DNA of 64,000 bases, the filler included, from Choristocarpus tenellus KU-1152 (taxonomy: Eukaryota > Protista > Phaeophyceae), in assembly GCA_964200185.2 (NCBI GenBank). It is 14 parts of 14 records of this genome, joined end to end, with 100 filler letters (N's around TTAATTAATTAA, not from the genome) between each part and the next. Parts side by side here need not be neighbours in the genome. Positions count along the whole stretch, not along the records: positions 1 to 6,082 come from CAXNAD020008982.1; positions 6,183 to 9,052 come from CAXNAD020024059.1; positions 9,153 to 17,905 come from CAXNAD020004366.1; 11 more parts are not named here. One strand, 5' to 3'. The first letter of the stretch is position 1. The number at the start of each line of letters is the position of its first letter. The position numbers and the translations under genes are program-made. Positions 1 through 10,461 of this stretch are shown in pieces. Under the pieces are notes generated by a model, which was given only the letters and a program-made list of their open reading frames with translations, was not told where the DNA came from and made no database searches.

Positions 1-1061
1 CCGTGTATCATTCACGTAACGTCCCAAATGCAGAGCAGTTTTGCAACGATCGATCAGTGCGGTGCTGAAAAAGACGCTGACAGCATATTTTACAATTGAG
101 GGGCGCATGGCGACGTGTGGGTGCACAGGAGATACGGAAAAGGCAAAAAAAGAGAACTGCTGCAACTGTACCATTTACCAACCTTTGGAACTCTGGTGTC
201 CACTTCTCCTTGGGTACAATCTGCCTAGTGCGTGAGACAAGCATCTCAGACATGTGCGCGTCCGATTCGATCTCCTTGTAGTCTCTCACCGTAGGAGCCT
301 TCCCATTAAACGACTTGTACCTGCAAAAAGAGAATGGCAATGAAGGACGTCAATGAGAACGAAGCGCAGGTAATGATGAGGAAAGGGTCGCCACTGCAGA
401 AAATATTCTATGGAACGATTGTCGTAGTTCAGAAAAGACAAGGGCACACATACACAGGAAACACACCTGCAGGTAGTATTTCCACAGTACTACGAACGGT
501 TCGTCGTTCGATACGACAATGGCTGACTACATTCTTCATTGTAGGAGACACTTATTGAACGTTCCTGTGCAATGTGCTGCGACCAGCACACATTGTGCTT
601 ACTGCTGTCTACAGGATAAAACACAGTGGCGGTTTGACTTGCCTCGCAAGCAGACGGACGCATAGCCCCTGCTTGAGAGAAGTGAAGCCGGCAAACTCCT
701 CTCTCTTCAGCATCGTTATTCTATGGTTTACGTCCAGTGCTTGTCCTTGAATGGCAAGCGCAGTTTCGGCGGTGAGCTGGTCCCCGTTGCCTAAGCAGTC
801 TTGTTGGATGACGACAGACGGAGCAAACTGCTCGAGCCAGCCTTTTTCACGGATGGACTTGATGACGCGCGCAAGGCCACGCTCGCTCAGGGGACGCTCA
901 ATCTCCGTGCATGTGATGTTGCCGAGTTTCATCTGGTACGTGCCGAGGTAGTGATGTTCTAGGAGCGAGGACATGCCCTTCAGATTGCTGTACCACGATC
1001 TCGATTCGTGGGCAGCGCCATCGGCGGGCAAGTGGGTTCTTGTTGAGCGAATGTTGGACAT
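1..1061 (-). pseudogene. Multi-exon ParB/Sulfiredoxin-like (ParBc-fold) protein gene, probably degenerate, running off the window start
   Basis: ORF 609-1061 reads RPLSERGLARVIKSIREKGWLEQFAPSVVI...ALDVNHRITML, matching the ParB/Srx pattern (SI...G...P.VV...DG(N)HR) with V in place of G. Further AG/GT-bounded candidate exons at ~566-467 (needs a frameshift), 320-~180 (YKSFNGKAPTVRDYKEIE) and ~64-1. Confidence 0.55.
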
Positions 1062-1199
1062 GGCGAAGATTGGGAGGGTGTGACGGGGATAGATAAGTAA
1101 GAGGTGCTGGTGGTATGTACGTAAGGGAAGGAATTGAAATGAGGACTGAGGGCTGGGAGGTGCTGCTTTATTTCATCTGGTCGGTCGGTCCTCATAACT

Positions 1200-2012
1200 C
1201 AGATTTCTCTTTCCGTAGATAATTGTGTTACACAAAATACGAATATCGAACAGCATACGATTTCATATTTAAAAGAGATCGAGAGTATCAGTTTTTTGTG
1301 ACCTTTTCGTTTTGTACGTTTCAAACGTATTAGATCAATGAAGTATGTGGTTTTATTTTTATTTGTTGATACAAAGATTAGAATATTATTATAATTTCGT
1401 AAAAACCCTAACGCACGTGTTTTGGTTCTTCAGTGGTTTGGGGTGATCCGACGGATCGACCGAAACTCAGGAGCTTCTTTTTGTTGACTCTAGTATTTTT
1501 AAGAACCCTAAAGTCGACAAAAAGCGGTTATAATAATTAAATAAATTGTAGTGTACCAGTTGAAAGTGACCTTTTAGTTTCTGAACATTGGAAACGTGTG
1601 AGACCCATAAAGTACGTGCTTTGTATTTTCTAAAATTATAAGTACGGATATAATCGGATTTACTATTTCTAAAAATCCTAATGCACGTGTTTTGGGTCTT
1701 CAATGGTTTCGGGTGATCCGACGGATCACCCGAAACTCGAGAGCCGCTTTTTGTCGTCTCTAGTATTTTTATGAATACAAATGTCCAACAATTTAAGATT
1801 TTGTACTTAAAACAATTAGAGGGTATCAGTTTTTTTTTACCTTTTGGTTTCGGAACATTGGAAACGTACAAGATCAATTAAGTATGTGCTTTGTATTTAA
1901 AAAAAATGAAATTACGAATATAATCGAATTTTTAATTTCTAAAAACCATAATGCACGTGTTTTCCGGATCATGGATCTCAGGGTGGTCCCACGGATCGCC
2001 CGAAGCTCAAGC
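1200..2012. repeat. Three AT-rich tandem repeats, period 270 bp, each with CACGTG and a palindrome
   Basis: GGGTG(A/G)TCC(G/C)ACGGATC motif at 1441, 1711 and 1981. CACGTG at 1414, 1684 and 1954. The middle copy has a perfect palindrome GTTTCGGGTGATCCG-A-CGGATCACCCGAAAC (1706-1736). Confidence 0.9.
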
Positions 2013-2165
2013 ATCGTTCATACGCCCAGCTTCGAATTCAATTCACTCCTAGACCTTCTCACTGCCCAAGACCGCCTGTTGCCCCAAAACACCGTGACAG
2101 TTGCTCCCACAGCAAGGGGGTGACTTTTGTCGCCTGCGTTGCCCCTTGTGTTTCCCTCTCATCAG

Positions 2166-5100
2166 CCCGCCAACAATGATGCACTGGAGCTTTCTACCAA
2201 TGATGCTTCAGCGACCGGCGCCAAGCTTCACCAAGAATGGACTCAACCCATCCCGGTCAACTAAAAGGGTGACTGCTGCAAGCGCTTAGCCTGTGTGAAG
2301 AAGTTCGCGGCAGATAGTGAGTCCTTCCTTGCCCGCACGTTGGTCAAAGAGCAGGACATCATCCGGGCGTGTGAGAACCGCCGCGATCGCAAGCACTTCG
2401 TTGGTGACTGTGTACCTGTCATTAAGTTGGGACCTGGAGACGGATCTATGCTCGCGGCCGGCATTCCCGTTTGTATGCAGTTTTTCGAGGCATCGCTCGG
2501 AATATCCAATCATGTCATCGACGCTTGCAAAGGTACACCTAACGCAAGAGCTTCCTCCGGCGTGGAGAGGTGGGTTTGAAGCATGTACACAGTCTTATTT
2601 GTACCAGGTATATATCAACGCCTGCTTGATGATTGAACAGCAGTCCTATTTCAGAACAATGTCATCCGACCGTACTCGCCACATTCAGTTTGCAGTTTCC
2701 GCGCCTAGATGTCTGATGTACAAAGTTAGAGATCCCTACAGCGTGGAGTTATGTGTTACATATATGTGTATGTACATGTGTGATATGTTTATTTCTGCTT
2801 CAACAATATCATCTCATCTGGCCGTCCCTGCGTTGCTGCTGCAGTTACCACGCGTAAATACCTACAGAATTAGAGATCCGCTGCTGGCATACGATTCCTC
2901 TATGATTCCATCCCCCGTCCCTTATATCCACCTCCAACACAACTCTCATCCATATATACATACGTGCACTACTACAACAGGAACGTCACGAACAAAGAGA
3001 AGGACATGGCTCCGAAGCGAGACCTGGTGATGTCCTGGATAGACTACTGGCCGGATACGTATGGGCAGTTCATACCTCACAAGACCGCAATTGTGATCTA
3101 CGCCGCGAGCAAAGAGGTAGGTTTTGCCCTTCGTTGTGGAGAGGTTGGCCACACCCTGCGTTGGAGTTGCAAACCGTGTGACCCAGCAGTACGTAGAAGA
3201 AGTGGATCAAAGGAGTATTTCGAGTGGTGGTTGCATATTACTTTGACCGGTCTGAGATTATGGTTAAAAAAAAATGTAAAGCTTCGTACGAAGTACTATT
3301 TTTTTCGTTTGTTATGTCGAGACTACAATGATGATGATACTCTTCGTCGCTTTTACGGAGGAGGGCACAGTAACTGTTATTTCACCGCTGTGTACACCTA
3401 CTCTGTGGCCCCGGGCCCGGTCTGACCTTGGTAGTAAAGGTGTGTACTTCGTATGTCTCAAGCGCTTCGCGATGATGATGATGATGATGATGATGATAGA
3501 TTCGCCTCCTTCACTGTTTTTGCAAACGGCGGTGAGGCCCAAACCGAATGACGCTCTTGGCAGATTTAATCAGATCATTGTATTTGCTCTTTCATTACGC
3601 ACGATGTAAGCTTGCTTGATCCTGTCTTCCGTGTTGTCAGTCAAGTTATTGGTCAGCCTGTCTTCGAGAGATCATGTAGCGGTGTTCTTCGAGTTTTCCT
3701 TCTCAATAACTCCTCACTTGCCCACACAACCAACATTATTAATTAGGAGCTATACAAGGATTTTTGCAAAGAGGCAATACGAGTGTATCCTGACGACCCT
3801 TCCAAGAGGGTAAGCAAAGCGCACTTCCTCCGATTGCTCAGAGAGGACAGGCCCAACATCAGGGTGAGGGTAGGAGGCGAATTTACGAAATGTGACATAT
3901 GTGTCACGTTAAAAGAGAATCGGCACGGTGCGCCTGGTGTAAAACCCACGAACGACTCCACCGTCCTCGAGTCCATCGATAAGGAGCTGTCAGAACATCG
4001 AAAGGTAGGCGTCCAGTGTTAATTTTGCGACAATCGTGCAGTGGCAACATGTCGCCGTCATTGCCCTCCATTGGGAACAACATCTGTTGCCTTTTGTGAA
4101 TGAAGACTCCGATGCAGGTGCTTATGGCAGCAGCAGCAGCCTCACTCAGCACAAAACTGTTGTTATTAGTTGCCCAAACACCTTGTGTGATAGACTGTTT
4201 CCTGGTCGTCTACAACGGGCTGTGGGAGGGACAGGTCATGTTACAGTCTTCCGGCCCCGTACGTACGTACTTGCTCCCGTCCCGATAATACTGTCTTTGC
4301 CTTGAATGCAGCAATAAAAAACAGGAGCAAAGACAAACATTTATTGTTACCTACACTCGATTTTTGTCACGTACCTGGTACGTGTTAACAAGTGGCCATT
4401 TTTTTACACCTCTAAGCAGATTTATTTGATTTACAGACGTGATGTTGCTCTCCCCCATTCGCCAGATTATCCAAGCAGATCGGCTGGTCATCACCAACAA
4501 CACCAGCAGCACCATGCGGGCCAAAGCCGACAGCAAACCTCTCGGCTTCGTGTTCATGTCTACCAGACATCCCACGCCCTCCCAGCACTTTACCCACCCA
4601 CCCACGGCGGTGACAGGTAACCACACGCACGCATAGTCCATTTGTCAACAAGTTTGCAGCCGCACGCAGAACAGAATAGACCACCCTGATTTATTCAACG
4701 AATGAGTGGAAAGTCCCAAGAAATAACCGCCAAAACAGACGCACATAATTCCACTACCTATTCTGTTCATCACGATGATGACGCACCATAACACCTTTCT
4801 TTACATGTTTCTTTGGTTCATGTTCTTGTTATCAGGGGCTACTCCGAGCACCAGAAGATCATGGCCGCACACGTCGAAGACCAGTTCGTGGAGGTGTTCT
4901 TCACTCCTCAAAATCTTGGAGGAGGTACGTATTGTGGGTTGTGGCTCAACAATCACACGACCGAATAGATGCTGGTTGCGCACGCACCACTTGATTTACC
5001 GTCATGGTGAGGGGACCCGCCGCAGGTTAGATACCCGAGGACGAGTACATCCTTGCATGATTTTCCTACAGATACCGCAGGCCTGGTGAACAGTCGATTA

Positions 5101-5849
5101 ACTGATGATGCACTGTGCTCCCCTGCCCTCGTACGCCTCTGCTCCGGAAGGGCGATAGGAGCGTAAGAGCTAATCAAGGAGGAGGGAAACCGACTGACAT
5201 GTATATCAGCCAGTTGGGTGTATGTGCTCTACATCACAAAAACACATTCCATTACCCCTCTTTTTAGCTCCAAGTAAGCAATGCGTAAGTAAGCAGAGTA
5301 CTACTTGCCAACTAACGACAGATATCATCGTTCGCGCAGGTTGTAACCTTGTCTGCACAGCCACCCACCTTGCCCTCACAAGGCTTATCGACAAGTACCA
5401 CAAAGCCTCGATCACGCAAGGGGTTGCATCATCCAGCACGCGCATTGGCAGGTAAGAAAGTTTCATCTTGACACGAACTACTCAACATATACTCGCCGAA
5501 TACCGACCACCAAGTAACTAACTGCATGGTGTTTAGTTTTGGTTTGTGTGTTGCAACCTGCATGTATGATGGCGGTGATGTAGAGATTGCGCTCTAGCAC
5601 TACTGGAAACATGCCCTGTTTCTACACGAAACGTGGTGAAATGGGCTGACATATCGGCCTCACGCCTATCCCTCCCTCGCTCCCAACTCCCCAAACTGGC
5701 CAGGTTGACAACTGCGTCTCAGAGAACAAGAACAATTTCTTTCTCGGATATGTGGGGCTGTTGGTCACGGCGAGTGTCATTCATGTGGTCGAGATACATT
5801 TTATGATAGTGGGGCACACGCACATCAAGATCGATCAGATCTTCTCCAG
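2166..5849 (+). mobile_element. Intron-containing Sola1-type (DUF7869-like) DDD transposase pseudogene
   Basis: Exons: ~2166-2569 (CCKRLACVKKF...IPVCMQFFEASLGIS, with in-frame TAA at 2262), ~2981-3116, ~3770-4004 (FTKCDICVTLK), ~4437-4616, ~4835-4924 (VEVFFTPQNLGG), ~5340-5451 (GCNLVCTATHLAL) and 5704-5849 (VDNCVSENKNNFFLGYVGLLV...FMIVGHTHIKIDQIFS). DNC..ENKN and GHTH...DQ.FS are the diagnostic catalytic motifs. Confidence 0.8.
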
Positions 5850-6032
5850 GTAATTAGGCAAGATATATAAGTTCGATAGCCACATGGTGTTTTTACACGG
5901 ACAGATACTGCCTTGAGGCTTGCAGTTCACGCTTGTTGCGTCTCTGGAGGTTTATGATCTTACACTGCAATTGATTGATTGACCTTTGATTTCCCCACAA
6001 CAAAATAGCACGAGAAGAGCAGCTGGCAAAAC

Positions 6033-6082
6033 GACCCAAAGTATCTGGGAGGGGGGGGGGATCTACAGCACGGTGTCCATTT
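6033..6082. mobile_element. MITE family A end (contig end)
   Basis: CAAAGTATCTGGGA-polyG-ATCTACAGCACGGTGTCCATTT is the reverse complement of the right end of the 27031-27217 copy. Confidence 0.8.
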
Positions 6083-6182
6083 NNNNNNNNNNNNNNNNNN
6101 NNNNNNNNNNNNNNNNNNNNNNNNNNTTAATTAATTAANNNNNNNNNNNNNNNNNNNNNNNNNNNNNNNNNNNNNNNNNNNN
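6083..6182. other. Artificial contig linker (44N-TTAATTAATTAA-44N). Also at 9053, 17906, 21089, 25710, 28814, 33479, 36573, 39457, 46792, 51544, 54342 and 61388
   Basis: Identical 100-nt block with a six-frame stop spacer, repeated 13 times. Genes such as RPL5 and EF-Tu are truncated at it. Confidence 0.98.
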
Positions 6183-6217
6183 GGACGCCGACACCCCCCC
6201 CCAAGATACTTTGACCC
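6183..6217. mobile_element. MITE family A end (contig start)
   Basis: GGACGCCGACA-polyC-AAGATACTTTG. Confidence 0.75.
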
Positions 6218-6220
6218 AGG

Positions 6221-6680
6221 ATGCTATCAATGGACCTCGTTATCTCGGACAAGCTGTTGCTCCTACAGTTTCTCAGTGCTCTCGGATCAGATTTAAGATA
6301 CCAAGATACGCATGTTGGCCTCGCAGGGACATTATGTCAAGCAGACGTAGAGAAAACTGGCAGAGAACGATATGCTTCCCTTCATGAGGCGAAGGACTCA
6401 AGACACAAGAACAGGCCCGCTTTGGTTGTTAGGAGCTCATCACAGGGGAAGAGTCAGTTTCATCGTAACGGTCAAGGTCGTGAGGTCGAACGTAAATTTC
6501 ATGTTGGAAGAAAGAAAAATGGTTCCAATTCCAAACCCTAAAAGTTCCGAGAAGATTCCTTGTGAGAGGTGTGGTAAGAATGGACATGAGAAGGGAGCTT
6601 ATCCAAGTCGCATTTGAACCAAGTGTGGTGGACTTGCCGATGATGCTACAACATGTACTTCGGTGTTCATGGCTACGGTA
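6221..6680 (+). mobile_element. Degenerate LTR-retrotransposon gag relic (copia-like)
   Basis: LLLQFLSALGSD helix, a basic linker, a zinc knuckle CERCGKNGHEKGAY(P) and a second broken knuckle (*TKCGGLADDATTC). Contains frameshifts. Confidence 0.5.
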
Positions 6681-6929
6681 GAGTCTGGAAAAAAGAAAAC
6701 CGGACCGATTGTTCCTGGAACGTTGTGCTGAGCGACAAGGCTGGTAGTGAGCAGTAATAGTGTTCAAGATGTCTGCAAGCAGTACAACCAAGATCACCAA
6801 CTTCCCCACAGTCGCTGGGAAGTAGGGAGAGGATTTCTTCGGTTTTGCGGTTCATGCTTAGGTCTTCCGAAGTGTTTGTAGCTGCGACCTTGCGCTACTT
6901 GACCCTGACATAGTCTGCGAAGAGTCGAT

Positions 6930-7480
6930 TTGGACGTGGAGTTAAGTCAGGCACCTGAATCGACAAGTTCAACTGCACCCAAGTTCAAAGGATTGTGCGT
7001 GATTGCTTCAGCAGCCACGGTAACATTAGGAGACTGTGTGGCAGCTGCATCAGCGCTTAACCTCTCCAATTGTGGAGATGGATGGCGAAAACCGAATGAT
7101 CACGCCCTAGCTACAGGAAGGAGGGCGAGTAGTAAAGCTGCAGGTAGAAAGGGTCGAGGAAAGGGCCGCGCACTCTCTTTTATGTGTGGCAAAGATGACC
7201 ACACGAAGTACGACTCCCCCGACCTCGATTGGGCTAGAAGACTGGAGGGAGATGACGACCAAGGTAGAAGATGCATGAGACCTATAGGGTTAGGTCACAA
7301 AGTGGGCGAATGTCCCCTGACTGTTCGAGTCAGGGAAAGGACAGGAAGACCTTCTGGAAGGGGGGCTAAGGAGGGATCGCACGTGGTATCGGCCACAACT
7401 CATTCTCCCCCAACCGAATCTCGAGAGGTGGAAGACATCAGTTCGAGACTGGACAGGTTGGAAAGCTTCATCAGAAGTTC
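6930..7480 (+). mobile_element. Gag-like relic with degenerate CCHC zinc knuckles
   Basis: GRKGRGKGR followed by FMCGKDDHTKYDSP and CMRPIGLGHKVGECP. Confidence 0.45.
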
Positions 7481-7636
7481 TTCTGTGACGTGGAACATTT
7501 CCCCTTGTGGCTGTCTTCCCTTGTATTTGTTGTTCTTCCAGATTATTAAATTTGAGTTTGTCCCCTATTTGTCTTGTTTTGTGTTTTAGTACATACCCAC
7601 AGTAGTCAAGTGACAGCTGTGATATTATATGCAGAC

Positions 7637-7867
7637 AGGTGATAAATCCAGCGAGATTGCTTGATGTCTATAGAGTGGTATATTAAAGCTAAGTGGGGCA
7701 TGCAGCTCCCCATAAAATCATAAATATTTCCTTTTATATGAGAAATTTCCTCATATAGCTAATGACTAGTAAAATATTCTGATAACTTAATCACTAATGA
7801 TTGTTCTCTTATTCCATATACAGTTTATCGTAACTGTCCGATAGAATTGGAAGAGTCTAATCGAACA
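7637..7867. repeat. ~230-bp repeat, inverted partner at 8811-9045
   Basis: AGGTGATAAATCCAGCGAGATTGCTTG...GGAAGAGTCTAATCGAACA aligns along its whole length with the reverse complement of 8811-9045. Confidence 0.9.
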
Positions 7868-8252
7868 CTGTTCCATGGGCAACGTAGCCAACAGTAAGTG
7901 GCTACTATCCCACCTGTCCCCGCTGAAGGAGATATACCTCGGATTTCCCTCAGAGTTAGGAATGGGCGATATGTATCTGAGGAGCCAGCTCTCGAGGAAG
8001 AAGAGACAGCTCGAGGAGGGGAACATATGCATTGTGCGAACACAGCCATCAGAGTACAATGGGCTAGAGTTCTTGCCGTTCACTGTGCACCGTAAGGACA
8101 CGGTTCAATGGAATGCCAGGCACCATTCCCGCTACGGAGGGATGTTCAGTGCTGGCGATGAGGTGGTCTTTTGTCACCGAAGACTTCGAGGTGTTGAGTC
8201 CCAGCTTCGTTGATGGAGTGCCAACTATTCGCATGTTACCGATGGACAAGGT
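7868..8252 (+). mobile_element. Fragment homologous to the 3' end of the Sola2-type element at 39630-40016
   Basis: GDMYLRSQLSRKKRQL.EGNICIVRT...FTVHRKDT.QW.ARHHS.YGGMFSAGDE is shared with the minus strand of 39630-40016. Confidence 0.85.
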
Positions 8253-8625
8253 GAGACACGCTTTTTATAGTTAGGAACCGTATTTAATGTGGATAAATCT
8301 GCTTTGTTCATAGACAGAAATCATATCCAATAATGTTCGTTGATGTAGAAGTAATATTTCCATGATATCCAATCCGAACTTATAAAAGACAATTATTCTA
8401 AGTATAATTTTGTTGGTTACTTCTCAATACACAATCCAAACCTTGCAGAGAATTTTTTGAACAATCTTCGAGCCATAACAATTTCCTGTCCGTTTGTCTC
8501 ACTTCCAAAATGTATCCTGTATGATGTCCTCCGTTCTTCTCAACCAACATACGTACCCTCTTACCTAGTATCATTTCCTTCCACGTATAATTAGCTGTGT
8601 AAGAGCCTTTTCCCAATGGGGTTGT

Positions 8626-8807
8626 GAGTGAAATTATCTTAGAGGGTACGAGTTTTGCCCTGTTTGTCCGTTTAGGGCTTGGTTTCCCACGGGGCTTTCT
8701 GTGACATTTTCCTATTACGAAACACTTCAGGATAGATAAAAATATATACGTTTTGGAGTAGGTTTCATGTATGAAACTATGAAAACGTCTGTCCGAAACA
8801 AGGATAC
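8626..8807 (-). mobile_element. MITE family B, truncated
   Basis: GAGTGAAATTATCTTAGAGGGTACGAGTTTTGCCCTGTTTGTCC matches the start of the 32971 copy. Confidence 0.8.
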
Positions 8808-8810
8808 CGA

Positions 8811-9045
8811 TGTTCAATTAGACTCTTCCAACTCTATCAAACAGTTACGGTACAAAAATATGTATGCCGTAAAGGAGCAATCAATTAGTGGTTGAGCTAT
8901 CAGAACCTTTTACTAGTGACTATTTGTATGAGAATTTTTCTCATATAGAAGGAAATATTTATGATTCTATGGGGCATTGCATGCCCCACCTAACTTAAAT
9001 CAATCACTCTACAGATACCAAGCAATCTCGCCGGGTTTATCACCT
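8811..9045. repeat. Inverted copy of 7637-7867
   Basis: TGTTCAATTAGACTCTTCCAACTCTATC...AGCAATCTCGCCGGGTTTATCACCT. Confidence 0.9.
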
Positions 9046-9152
9046 TTATCCTNNNNNNNNNNNNNNNNNNNNNNNNNNNNNNNNNNNNNNNNNNNNTTAA
9101 TTAATTAANNNNNNNNNNNNNNNNNNNNNNNNNNNNNNNNNNNNNNNNNNNN

Positions 9153-9193
9153 CCAAATGGACAACCGCCACCCCCTCCCAGATACTTTGAGCC
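9153..9193. mobile_element. MITE family A end (contig start)
   Basis: CCAAATGGACAACCGCCACCCCCTCCCAGATACTTTGAGCC. Confidence 0.8.
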
Positions 9194-10201
9194 TGACTTG
9201 CTAGTCGACTGAAAATGGACTAGGGACTGTGGTTCACAACAACGTTTTCAGCGAGTCTGGAATATCTCAAAGAAACCTCTCCTCGCTGTCCACCTGTTGT
9301 TTTTAACCCTCGTTATCAGTGAGAAGGAAAAAATATCACACTCCCGTTTCGTTCGACAACTGGGTCTCATATCTTAGCTCCAAGCAGGTTGTATGTCGTT
9401 GGCAGTTGCCTGTTTATGCATTTTGTTTAATCAACCAGTAAGATTGAATACCAAGAGAGTAAGGAATTTCTATTACTATATAAACTTGTTATGGCTAAGC
9501 CTGCATTGTGCAAATTTGTAATGAGGGGTGACAGCTGATGTACCTTAGTGTGAGGAGAAAATGAGGCGTCCTTCCCTCTGTTGCTGAAATCAGCGCCCCC
9601 ATCGTTTCCCATTGTGTCATGGGACACGATGCTGTGTAAAACATCTCTTGATGATGTCGGGGCTTCATCTAGGTCAGGTTAATAAAGGTGTAGGTCAAGG
9701 ATGAGCTGAGGTACGTACAGACAGCAGAGAGTGACATTTGTGAAGGTCAACAAAGTAGATTTCAGTGAGAGTGACAGATGTGGATACCACGTGGGAGAGG
9801 GAGGCTCAGGGTAAACATTTTGTAGGAATATTTTGCCCCAGATGTCTCGTAATATAACATGCTCCTGTTCTGAAGCTCTAAATAATGTTCAATTAAAAGA
9901 GCCCATCATGAGAAAGGTCAGAACGGGAACAATCCAAACCAAGCCCTTAGAGCTCTACTTAAGATTCCAGTCATCGTTAGTTCCATGCATTATAAATTGC
10001 TTATTGAATCTTGACTCCAGAGCAAATGTAGATGTACAGTAGCGCTGAAAGTAGCCTAGTAGTAGTTGAGTGCCGACCTACTAGACATATTTCCGTCTCT
10101 TGTTATCAGTACAAGTATAGAAATTGTATGCTTTCACAGGTATTAGGGGTAAAATCCTGAGTACACCTAAAGCCTATTTTCAACAGCCTTTCTGCCATTT
10201 T

Positions 10202-10461
10202 GAGTCCAAGTATCTTAGAGGGTACAGTCGCGTCAACTTGGGGGCCAAAATCCTATTTTGCGATTTTGATGTATATTTTTTGGCTATCGTGTTTCTTGGG
10301 AAGTGTCAATATCCTTGTTCCGAAGACATCTTTTCATAACTTACACATTTTACCAACTTTGAAACATATTGGAGTAGGAAAATGTCATTAAAAAACACGG
10401 GAATCCAAGACCCAAATGGACAAACAGGGAAAAATTCGTACCCTCTAAGATACCTTCACTC
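10202..10461 (+). mobile_element. MITE family B, full length (~260 bp)
   Basis: TIRs GAGTCCAAGTATCTTAGAGGGTAC ... GTACCCTCTAAGATACCTTCACTC. The interior aligns with the 19982 and 32971 copies. Confidence 0.88.

Noticed and set aside
1467-1877. 136-aa minus-strand ORF
   Set aside because: It lies wholly within the AT-rich tandem repeat and has no protein-like features.
1200-2012. CRISPR array or true bacterial parS sites
   Set aside because: The whole 270-bp units are homologous (no unique spacers) and there are no cas genes. Only the CACGTG core resembles parS.
2964-3425. 153-aa ORF as a standalone gene
   Set aside because: Only ~2981-3116 fits as a transposase exon; the rest is read-through into an intron.
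6127-6138. TTAATTAATTAA as a biological repeat or PacI-like site
   Set aside because: Always centred in 44+44 Ns; it is a synthetic six-frame stop linker.
6033-6217. A single MITE A copy spanning the first gap with an ACC target duplication
   Set aside because: The ends are compatible, but the join is artificial and the complete copy at 27031 shows no such TSD. It is probably coincidence given the copy number.
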